NCBI GenBank assembly: GCA_041657405.1
Contig: JBBABX010000002.1
Coordinates: forward strand, 42,726 to 106,725
Direction: 5' to 3'
DNA from: Minisyncoccota bacterium
GTDB taxonomy: Bacteria > Patescibacteriota > Minisyncoccia > Phycocordibacterales > XYD1-FULL-46-19
Length of the DNA stretch: 64,000 nucleotides
Shown here: positions 18,436-26,499 of the stretch, piece after piece
How the letters are laid out: each line of letters opens with the position of its first letter
Position numbering within the stretch: position 1 is the first letter of the stretch
Translations under genes and position numbers: made by a program
Notes under the pieces: generated by a model
The model's input: only the letters and a program-made list of their open reading frames with translations
Database searches by the model: none
What the model was told of the DNA's origin: nothing

Positions 18436-20316
18436 TTATTCCAAAAGCGCTTTTATTCTTCTAATTCCTGCCGCAACAGCCTCTTCTTTTTTTATTTTGA
18501 AATGACCAAGTTCACCAGTACGCAAAACATGGGGCCCCCCGCAAAATTCTTTGGACCAAGCAGAATCAAGGTTGTCGCCAATGTAATAAATTGTCACTTT
18601 TTTGCCGTATTTTTCGCCAAAAAGGTGGTTGGCACCAGTTTTTTCCGCCTCGTCTTTTGGAAGTTCTACTTTATTGACTAGCAAATCAGCGGCAATTTTT
18701 TCGTTGACTAAATTCTCGATCGCCGTTTTTTGTTCCTCAGTTAGTTTGGCAGGATATGTAAAATCAAAACGCAAACGTTCATTAGTGATATTACTACCCT
18801 TTTGCGTTACCTCGGAACCTAAGATTTCTTTTAATGCTGCTTGCAAGAGATGGGTGGCAGTATGATATTTAATCACTTGTTTACTCTCATTAGCCAAACC
18901 ACCTTTGAATTTTTGGTCAGCACCGACACGAGATAGTTCTTGATGTTTTTGTAATTTGTTACCAAATTCCGTTTTTAGTTTTTCTTCTGCCTCTTTTGCT
19001 AATTTTAAACCGCGATTTTTGACTTCTTCCAAACCTAACTCAAGCGGAATACCAAAAGTCTGATAAAGATTAAAGAAAAACTCGCCTGACAAAACAGGGC
19101 TCGCAACTTCTTCTATTGCATCAATTGCCACATTTAGTTTGCCTGACAACTCTTTGTCAATAATCTTGATACCCGCCGCCAAGGTCTGGCGGAACTTCTC
19201 CTCTTCTTTTTTTAGTTCTGTGACAATTTTCTCTTTTTCAGTGGTCAATTCGGGATAAACATTTTCATATTTAGCAACAATCAAGTTTATTAAACGCTCG
19301 CTAAGATTATCGGGGACGCCTATTTTATTACTATAACGCATCGCGCGACGAATAATTCGACGTAAAACATAACCACGATCAGTATTGGTTGGTTTAACTC
19401 CAGCCGCAAACATAAAAACTGCTGTGCGAATATGGTCAGCAATAATTCTCTCAGCACGTTCGTCATTTTCTTGACTATGAGCGGAAATTTCTGCCAGTAA
19501 TAACGCAAAAATATCAGTTTGAAAGATGTTTATATTGTTCAAAACTGCGGTTGTGCGTTCTAAACCCATACCAGTATCAACATTCTTTTTTTCAAGTGGT
19601 TCGTAATCTCCATTTGTCGTCTTGTTAAATTCCATAAAGACATTATTCCAAATTTCAACCATACGAAAAGAATCTACTAGCTCTGTAAAACACTTATCCG
19701 GAAGAACATCTCCGGGGCAGGTGTCATAAAAAATCTCTGTGTCGCCACCACACGGACCATTTGCTCCCGCAATCCAAAAATTATCTTCTTGTCCTAGTGG
19801 AATAATTCGGACGTTTTCTCTTATTATTTCATCATTGCTGGCAATTTCAGCTTGCAAACCAACTTTGGCAAAAACTTCCTGCCAAATTTTTATAGATTCT
19901 TCATCATGAGGAATACCGTTTTCACCACGGAAAACTGTCACATAAAGACGTTTGGGATCCAAGCCTAAACCCTCTTTCTTGTCGGTTAAAAATTCAAAAC
20001 TCCAATTGATTGATTCTTTTTTAAAATAATCACCCAGCGACCAGTTACCCATCATTTCAAAAAAGGTTAAATGACGATTATCACCAACGTCATCAATGTC
20101 GTTAGTGCGGAGACATTTCTGGACATTAGTCAAACGATTGCCGGCCGGATGAGGTCGACCCAAGAGATAAGGAATTAGAGGTTGCATACCGGCGGTAGTA
20201 AAGAGAGTGCTTTCGTCTCCATAATCAGCAGGAATAAGAGAAGCTGAAGGAATTATTTTATGTCCCTTTTTTTCAAAAAAAGCCAAGAATTTTTGGCGAA
20301 TTTCTTCGGATGTCAT
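18436..20316 (-). CDS. alaS: alanyl-tRNA synthetase (catalytic plus editing domains; C-Ala domain absent)
   Basis: The N-terminus is FLAFFEKKGHKIIPSASLIP...FTTAGMQ. The editing domain has HTATHLL ... CGGPHV. It is only 626 aa, versus about 870 for full-length bacterial AlaRS. Confidence 0.95.
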   Translation of the reverse strand: MTSEEIRQKFLAFFEKKGHKIIPSASLIPADYGDESTLFTTAGMQPLIPYLLGRPHPAGNRLTNVQKCLRTNDIDDVGDNRHLTFFEMMGNWSLGDYFKKESINWSFEFLTDKKEGLGLDPKRLYVTVFRGENGIPHDEESIKIWQEVFAKVGLQAEIASNDEIIRENVRIIPLGQEDNFWIAGANGPCGGDTEIFYDTCPGDVLPDKCFTELVDSFRMVEIWNNVFMEFNKTTNGDYEPLEKKNVDTGMGLERTTAVLNNINIFQTDIFALLLAEISAHSQENDERAERIIADHIRTAVFMFAAGVKPTNTDRGYVLRRIIRRAMRYSNKIGVPDNLSERLINLIVAKYENVYPELTTEKEKIVTELKKEEEKFRQTLAAGIKIIDKELSGKLNVAIDAIEEVASPVLSGEFFFNLYQTFGIPLELGLEEVKNRGLKLAKEAEEKLKTEFGNKLQKHQELSRVGADQKFKGGLANESKQVIKYHTATHLLQAALKEILGSEVTQKGSNITNERLRFDFTYPAKLTEEQKTAIENLVNEKIAADLLVNKVELPKDEAEKTGANHLFGEKYGKKVTIYYIGDNLDSAWSKEFCGGPHVLRTGELGHFKIKKEEAVAAGIRRIKALLE

Positions 20317-20447
20317 GGTTTAATCTTAGCAAAACAGGGCGCTAAGCGCAAAAAGATGCAGACCAAACGCAGACTATGCAGACAAGACGTTTTTTCGTTA
20401 AGGAAAACTCCAACAAAACAAATCAGCTTTTATTTTAATTTTTCTCT

Positions 20448-21614
20448 CTATCTTATTATTCCTCCCCCCAAACAAAAATTGCCATCATAAATCACCAGCG
20501 ATTGTCCGGTGGGTTTTAGCTGAGGTTTATCAAAACAAAAAGTTGCTTCTCCGTTTTTTAAAGCGGTAAACTTTCCGGCTTGTAATGGTTGGCGATAGCG
20601 GAAACGCGCCTGGTACTTTGGACCGATAGTTGGCGTCTCGTTGATCCAGTTGGTTTCGCGAATGTCAAAATTTGTAGTCATTGCCCCGGTTTGATTTGGT
20701 TCAGAAGAAACGGTAATAGTGTTTTTTTCTATATCTTTGGCAATCACAAAGTATGGTTTTTGCTCGGGGGTTTTTTTCTCAATCGCAAAGCCGTGCCGTT
20801 CACCAATCGTAAAGAAAATGGCACCGTCGTGATAGCCAATGACTTCACCTGTCTCACTTAAAACGTCCCCTGTCTTAGACGGAATTTGCCCAGCCAAGAA
20901 TTTTTTGAAATCAATTTGCCCAATGAAGCAAAGACCTTGGCTGTCTTTTTTCTCGGCGTTGGGCAGATCAAACTTTTTGGCAAGTTTCCTTACTTCTTCT
21001 TTTTCATAACTGCCAACCGGAAACAAGATGTGCGTCAACTGCTCTTGTCTTAAATTCCACAAAAAATAAGTCTGATCTTTGTTCTTATCTTTGCTTAACG
21101 CCAGTTGACGAGTGTCGTCTGCTCCAATGCTCCTATTCTTTAACTTTTTTGACTTTTCACTTTTGACTTCTAACTTTTGATTTCTAACATTGATTTGTGC
21201 GTAATGTCCTGTTGCCACAAAATCCGCGCCCTGACTCATAACATAATTATAGAAGATTCCAAACTTAATTTGTTTATTGCACATAACATCAGGATTCGGG
21301 GTTCGGCCGGCACGATATTCACTCAAAAGATAATTCACCACTTTTTCTTTGTATTCTTTAGACGCATCAAAGGTGAGAAGTGGAATATCCAGATAAGCCG
21401 CTGCGCGCATAGCTTCACGTCTTTCTGTTCGCCAATTGCAAGCAATGCCCCAATCAGTTTCTGTATCATCAACCGGATCCCAAGGCTTGATATAAACCCC
21501 AACCACGTCACAACCAGTCTTCTTCAGTAAAGCCGCCGAGACAGAGCTATCCACCCCGCCCGACATCCCAACATAGACCGTCTTTCTGCCTTTTTTATTA
21601 TAACCCAAAGCCAT
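20448..21614 (-). CDS. mnmA: tRNA-specific 2-thiouridylase MnmA (with a low-complexity lysine-rich insert)
   Basis: It has the PP-loop (VYVGMSGGVDSSVSAALL), catalytic Cys motifs and a C-terminal beta-barrel. Confidence 0.9.
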   Translation of the reverse strand: MALGYNKKGRKTVYVGMSGGVDSSVSAALLKKTGCDVVGVYIKPWDPVDDTETDWGIACNWRTERREAMRAAAYLDIPLLTFDASKEYKEKVVNYLLSEYRAGRTPNPDVMCNKQIKFGIFYNYVMSQGADFVATGHYAQINVRNQKLEVKSEKSKKLKNRSIGADDTRQLALSKDKNKDQTYFLWNLRQEQLTHILFPVGSYEKEEVRKLAKKFDLPNAEKKDSQGLCFIGQIDFKKFLAGQIPSKTGDVLSETGEVIGYHDGAIFFTIGERHGFAIEKKTPEQKPYFVIAKDIEKNTITVSSEPNQTGAMTTNFDIRETNWINETPTIGPKYQARFRYRQPLQAGKFTALKNGEATFCFDKPQLKPTGQSLVIYDGNFCLGGGIIR

Positions 21615-21746
21615 TTCCCGCTAATTTTACCACGGATTTTGGGGCACACCAAGTTTCTCTAGATTCATCATAATATTTGACAATTTTTTAAAAAATTATA
21701 TTATAGGATTAGATCTGAGAACTCAAAAAACAAAAAAAGGAGGAGT

Positions 21747-22340
21747 TTGATGAAAACCAAAAACATGTTCTTTGTGATGGCTATTCTGACATTGTTCTCA
21801 ATTGGTGCTTTTGGAAGTTTTTATTGCCCCCCGTGCACTCCAGGAGACCCGGGAACTTGGGAGTATGTCAATCAAGACTTTATAAGTTTTGAGGGACAAA
21901 ATTGGGCCTTTAGCGGGGAATTCTTGGATTGGGATGTTAGGGGCCCTTTCTTTGAATTATTCTATCAGGATGGGCTTCTGGAACTTCACAGGGGGTTTTT
22001 CCCATCATTTCCTGAGCTTGAAATGGAAATTCCCTTTGGGGATTTTATAGTCTCTGGGTGGTCCCCGTCTGGCGGAAATCACTTAACGTTCAGACTAGAA
22101 GACTATTCAGTAGAGGGAAGCTCTTCACTGCTTCTTGGTTATAATGGCTGGCCTTGGCCAACAATTGTGGAAGATGAGCCACTACATTTAACAGGCGAGA
22201 CAAGCTATGCCTGTATAAGAATTGGTTCAGGGGACTTTCAATGTCCCCCGCCTCCCGAGATTGTCCCAGAACCGGCGACAATCTCGCTCCTAGCCTTTGG
22301 AATAGTCGGCCTAGCTGGTTTTCGGAGACTAAAAGCTTGA
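21747..22340 (+). CDS. secreted protein with a C-terminal PEP-CTERM sorting signal
   Basis: An N-terminal signal peptide is present. The C-terminus is VPEPATISLLAFGIVGLAGFRRLKA, i.e. PEP motif, hydrophobic helix, basic cluster. The gene is visibly more GC-rich than its flanks and has its own RBS (AAGGAGGAG). Confidence 0.6.
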   Translation: MMKTKNMFFVMAILTLFSIGAFGSFYCPPCTPGDPGTWEYVNQDFISFEGQNWAFSGEFLDWDVRGPFFELFYQDGLLELHRGFFPSFPELEMEIPFGDFIVSGWSPSGGNHLTFRLEDYSVEGSSSLLLGYNGWPWPTIVEDEPLHLTGETSYACIRIGSGDFQCPPPPEIVPEPATISLLAFGIVGLAGFRRLKA

Positions 22341-22356
22341 GTAATGTTCTTTTTCT

Positions 22357-22388
22357 AGTCGACGCAGAAATGTGTCGACTTTTTTATT
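22357..22388 (+). terminator. intrinsic terminator downstream of the PEP-CTERM gene
   Basis: AGTCGACGC-AGAAAT-GTGTCGACT hairpin followed by TTTTTTATTTT. Confidence 0.6.
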
Positions 22389-22432
22389 TTGTCAAAATTT
22401 AAATAAAAATAATTTTTTAGTTCGCCCATATT

Positions 22433-22987
22433 TTATTCACTTGTCATCAGCTTTTGGTAAATTTCATAAGTGACACGAGCATCCGCTAAGGCTGAATGAG
22501 CCTTTTTATTTCGTAAGTTAAAATGTTCCGCCAAAGCCCAAAGACTAAATTTGGGTGTCCAATCTTTGTGATAAAGTTTGGCAAAAGCCAAAGACAATAA
22601 ATCCAGTTTGTGATAATCAAGTTTTAAGTCAACATTTTCTCGTTGAGCCGCTAAACCCAAAAAGCCCCAATCAAAAGAAACATTGTGCGCCAACATAATT
22701 GAGCCCTCCACTTTTTGAGCCAAATCTTTTAAAATTTGTTTTAATTCACCAGCAAATAACCACTCTGATTCATTATAATGATTAATTCGTAACGCTTCTG
22801 GGTCGGCCGTTTCTAAATGTTGAGGTTTTACCTTATATTCAAATTCTTCAATTTCTCTAAATATGTGAGTGCCATCATTTGTGAAAGTATGTTCTGCTAT
22901 TACTCCGCCAATTTCTAAAACCTCATGTTTTTCAAGGTTTAGACCAGTCGTTTCTAAGTCGATAACTGCGATTTTTATTTTTTTCAT
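22433..22987 (-). CDS. DEDDh-family 3'-5' exonuclease (DnaQ/DNA pol III epsilon-like)
   Basis: Exo I (IAVIDLETTGL), Exo II (ML.AHNVSFDWGFL) and Exo III (H-x4-D: AHSALADA) motifs are present. Confidence 0.8.
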   Translation of the reverse strand: MKKIKIAVIDLETTGLNLEKHEVLEIGGVIAEHTFTNDGTHIFREIEEFEYKVKPQHLETADPEALRINHYNESEWLFAGELKQILKDLAQKVEGSIMLAHNVSFDWGFLGLAAQRENVDLKLDYHKLDLLSLAFAKLYHKDWTPKFSLWALAEHFNLRNKKAHSALADARVTYEIYQKLMTSE

Positions 22988-22989
22988 AA

Positions 22990-23994
22990 TTAGATATTGT
23001 ATTTTTTTCGATTAAGCTTGTGTTCATCAAAAGTTTCCGCATAATGCATGATGCCATCATGGTCAGACAAATAAAACCAATAATCGCTTTCTTCCGGTTG
23101 AATAGCTGCCAAAATAGCGTCCCAGCCTGGATTTCCGATAGGAGTTGGCGGCAAACCTTTATTGATATAGGTATTATAGGGTGATTTAGATTTTAAGTCA
23201 TCCTTAGTCAAATCAAAAGTTGTTTTGCCTAAATAATATTCAAAGGTGGCATCAACTTGTAAAGGCATTCCAGTAGCTATTCGTTTCCATAAAATTCCAG
23301 AAACTAGTCGTCGATCTTTTTCGGTTTTAACTTCTCGGTCAATAATTGATGCCATTATAATTATTTCGTCCATTGTTTTTTCTGTCGCTTGAATGTCTTT
23401 TTCTAGAGTTTTAATTCGATTATCAAAATTATTCCTCATTGCTTTTATCATATCGTTCGGTCCATCTAATCTAGAAAAAAAGTAAGTATCGGGAAATAAA
23501 TAGCCTTCCCATTTAGTGCCTAACTTTATGAAAGATTCTTCTTCAAAATTGGGAATTTTTAGACTAATAGCCTTGGCAATTTTAGAGACTGAGGCGCCTT
23601 CAAAAAAAGTTATGCGATAAGGCTCATGACCCAAAAGACAATTAGTCAATCGCAAAGCAATTGTTAAAACGGAAATTGGTTGGTTAAAATAATAACTGCC
23701 AGTTTGAATTTTTTTCTGTCCGCCGAGTAAGAAAATAAAAGCCTTAAAAGTTTTTGGAGAAAGAATTAAACCTTGTTGGTATAAATTTTCAGCTACATCA
23801 CTTGCTGTTTGACCATTTTCCACTTGAAAATAAATTTCTGTGGGAAAAATGTAGGGTGGAAAAACAAACATCAAATTAAACAAAATAAAGACTACCGCAA
23901 AAACACAAAGAGTATACAGCCCCAAATTAACGATTTTTTGTTTCTTATCCTTGTTATCTTCAGGGTTTGGAAAATTCGTCTTAATCTTGAACAT
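22990..23994 (-). CDS. mltG: endolytic murein transglycosylase MltG (YceG family)
   Basis: It has an N-terminal TM anchor and YceG-like core motifs (YLFPDTYFF, ...PPTPIGNPG...). Confidence 0.85.
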   Translation of the reverse strand: MFKIKTNFPNPEDNKDKKQKIVNLGLYTLCVFAVVFILFNLMFVFPPYIFPTEIYFQVENGQTASDVAENLYQQGLILSPKTFKAFIFLLGGQKKIQTGSYYFNQPISVLTIALRLTNCLLGHEPYRITFFEGASVSKIAKAISLKIPNFEEESFIKLGTKWEGYLFPDTYFFSRLDGPNDMIKAMRNNFDNRIKTLEKDIQATEKTMDEIIIMASIIDREVKTEKDRRLVSGILWKRIATGMPLQVDATFEYYLGKTTFDLTKDDLKSKSPYNTYINKGLPPTPIGNPGWDAILAAIQPEESDYWFYLSDHDGIMHYAETFDEHKLNRKKYNI

Positions 23995-23996
23995 AA

Positions 23997-25256
23997 TTAT
24001 AGAGGCAGATTAACCGGCGGTTCACCACGTTTAGATGGAATACGCGATAATGAGGGAGTTGTCGCTACTTGACCAGGGAAATGGTAGACTGTTGCCAATT
24101 CTTCGGTGGTTAACACCATTGGTTTTTTATTAGCTGGCGGATAAAAGTAAGCTCTTTCTCTAAAATATTTGAAAACCAGTTTTTTGATACGCCGAGTTCT
24201 AATATCATGAAAATCTTCCCAGGGATTTTCATAACTAGAAATATTAACTATCGGCTTGAAAGAATTCAAGCCAGGGGAGCCAAATTGTTTCATACTATTG
24301 TTTACTCCAACTTTGACAATCGGACGGATACTTTCTTTGGAAGCATAGATAGCACGAATTCCTACATCAAAACCTAATTTGCCAAGATGTCTTTCTATTG
24401 TTTCTGCCAGCGATCTTTCTCCTGGAGACATTGCTAATTTCATAAATGAACTCAAGTCTTCACTTTTTTCTTTGCGTTTTAGAATTTTTTGCAATTCCTC
24501 TTGGGCCGCGTCTTTCCAGCTTTTCATTTCCACTTTAGAGAAAAAATTATACCATTTTGCTTTTTCATTCTTTATAGGGAAACGATCCTTACTTCCCATA
24601 ACCAAAAATTGAAACCAAACTTGTTCGCCTTGCCTAATAGAACCCAAGAATTCTATTAGGGGTGTCATTGGATCAATCTTGTATTCTTCTTTAGGATCTT
24701 TTTCTAAGCCAAAATCATAATAAGTTTTTATTGGGTAAACATCTTCTTTCGCAAATTTCCATTCCCAACCAGCAATATCCCATGGCGAATCGGGTTGTCC
24801 AAAAGTTACCCCTTCTGTATAATCGTCAACTTGGAAAATCTCCACTTCCGGATATTGGGAATAAACTTGTGATTCTATTAAATCTTTGAAAAACTTAGGA
24901 ATGTTAAAATAAAAATGAATCTCACCTCCGAAAGAAACTACCTCTAAAGAAAACCAAGAACGAACATTGCCTTTAATATATTTATCAACTAATTCACCTT
25001 CATAAGTTTGATAAAAGACGTGGAGCAAAAGTTCCATCGCAGCCGGCGATTTATTAATCTCTTTGGGAATTTTGATTTCTAATAAAATACGTTCTTCTTT
25101 GCTGATAAAATTTTCTCTGATAAAAGCTAGGTAAGAATCCCAAAGAATATAGGCTAAAACAAAAGGCAAAAAATAAACAGTATAAGGAAGAGCCAAAAGA
25201 AGCCACCTCCCAGTGTCGCTCAAAAAAATTTCTGTAAGATTTAAAATAAAATTCAT
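23997..25256 (-). CDS. hypothetical membrane-anchored protein
   Basis: 419 aa with an N-terminal hydrophobic segment. Conserved-looking blocks are present (ILLEIKIPKEINKSPAAMELLLHVFY; VLTTEELATVYHFPG). No catalytic motif recognised. Confidence 0.4.
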   Translation of the reverse strand: MNFILNLTEIFLSDTGRWLLLALPYTVYFLPFVLAYILWDSYLAFIRENFISKEERILLEIKIPKEINKSPAAMELLLHVFYQTYEGELVDKYIKGNVRSWFSLEVVSFGGEIHFYFNIPKFFKDLIESQVYSQYPEVEIFQVDDYTEGVTFGQPDSPWDIAGWEWKFAKEDVYPIKTYYDFGLEKDPKEEYKIDPMTPLIEFLGSIRQGEQVWFQFLVMGSKDRFPIKNEKAKWYNFFSKVEMKSWKDAAQEELQKILKRKEKSEDLSSFMKLAMSPGERSLAETIERHLGKLGFDVGIRAIYASKESIRPIVKVGVNNSMKQFGSPGLNSFKPIVNISSYENPWEDFHDIRTRRIKKLVFKYFRERAYFYPPANKKPMVLTTEELATVYHFPGQVATTPSLSRIPSKRGEPPVNLPL

Positions 25257-25329
25257 TTCTTAAATAATAAAACATTATCGTAAAAAAAACTACTCTTTGG
25301 CAATTTTATTTCCAATTTGAAACAAAAAC

Positions 25330-25358
25330 ACGATTTTGACACCGTGTTTTTTCTAACT
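25330..25358. terminator. bidirectional-looking hairpin terminator
   Basis: AAAAACACGG-loop-CCGTGTTTTTT lies just downstream of the minus-strand gene ending at 25383. Confidence 0.45.
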
Positions 25359-25382
25359 TTGTTTTAAAGAATATATGAATTA

Positions 25383-26402
25383 TTAAACTAAGTAATAATT
25401 TCCACTTTCATCACGTTTGAAATACTTAGGATTTTGAAGATTGACAAGAATTGTGTTTTCTTTGACAAAACGTTCCTTTAAAACACGGTTGATAATTTCA
25501 TTTTTGGGCAAATTACCCGTCTCTTTAAGAATTTTAACCACAACATCAATAACAGTTCCGCTTGAATATCCCCATTCAGTTAAGGCATATAAACCACGAC
25601 CTACCAAAACAAATCGGCTGTCTTTTATCAATTCATTATGGCAAGTGGCAGGGTGGGCTTTTTTGCCAAAAGTTTGAATAATTCTATTCGCCACTTCAGT
25701 AAAATGCAAAGGAGTTTTGTTTTGCCGTAAAACAAGATAAGCATAATCGCGAATACCACGCATACGAATATTGGGTGAGCTATTTAATCCCCATTCTCCC
25801 AATGGATTTTTGGCCAACAATTTACAAATTTTTAACCATTCTCGCGCGAAATTTTCTACTTGAGGGTCATCTGAAAGATCATCAAGTTCTTTAACAAATT
25901 TAGAAATAAGTTCTGGTTCAGAGATTAAATCTCGTTCAGAAAAACCAGCACAAAGTTTGCGCAAAGATTGATGCACCCTAGTGGCCATATCTTGATTAAC
26001 AGTCCAACGATGATAGAATTCTTCATCTTCTTTGATTCTAACAAAAGCATCAGAAACTACCAATAAGAAATGAATATGGTTTTGGATTGATTCGTCTTTA
26101 GAGAAAGATTCTAAAAATGCTTGTTCGTGGACGACACCGCCATGTTCTTGCATTAAATTTTTAAGCTGTTCAAAAGTGCTAAGCGCTGAATCGTAAACTT
26201 TTGATTTTTTTATCAAATTTAACCCAAAATTTTCTATTTGTCGAACTCTTTCACGAGTGATCTTATACTCATTACCGATTGCTTCCAAGGTCAATCTTTT
26301 GCTGGTTTTACCTAGACCATAACGCTTTGTCAGAATGTCACGATTTCGTTCTGGCAAAATATTCAACAATTTTTTGGTAATTTCTTTTGGTTTTATAGAC
26401 AT
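25383..26402 (-). CDS. DNA-binding protein: N-terminal sigma-70 region-4-like HTH plus C-terminal HARE-HTH winged helix
   Basis: The N-terminus RYGLGKTSKRLTLEAIGNEYKITRERVRQIE is a region-4-type HTH. The C-terminus PLHFTEVANRI...HPATCHNELIKDSRFVLVGRGLYALTEWGY matches the HARE-HTH signature (TPEAT...RF.RVGRGL..L.EW). Confidence 0.55.
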   Translation of the reverse strand: MSIKPKEITKKLLNILPERNRDILTKRYGLGKTSKRLTLEAIGNEYKITRERVRQIENFGLNLIKKSKVYDSALSTFEQLKNLMQEHGGVVHEQAFLESFSKDESIQNHIHFLLVVSDAFVRIKEDEEFYHRWTVNQDMATRVHQSLRKLCAGFSERDLISEPELISKFVKELDDLSDDPQVENFAREWLKICKLLAKNPLGEWGLNSSPNIRMRGIRDYAYLVLRQNKTPLHFTEVANRIIQTFGKKAHPATCHNELIKDSRFVLVGRGLYALTEWGYSSGTVIDVVVKILKETGNLPKNEIINRVLKERFVKENTILVNLQNPKYFKRDESGNYYLV

Positions 26403-26499
26403 AAGTTTTTGCTGTTTATTCCTTTGTCTTTGCGACTATTAAGCCATTTCGGGCTATATTTTTAAGTTACTTTAGTTTTATCATTTATTTAAAGATAAG

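Noticed and set aside
10659-21530. Further embedded antisense/off-frame ORFs (10659-10946, 11062-11262, 11814-12107, 13025-13354, 13574-13789, 14588-14830, 18391-18681, 18602-18865, 19320-19508, 20260-20490, 20589-20861, 21177-21530, 22090-22281)
   Set aside because: They overlap dnaK, grpE, rpsI, rpoA, rpsK, alaS, mnmA and the PEP-CTERM gene. The ribosomal and chaperone genes leave no room for overlapping genes and their identities are unambiguous.
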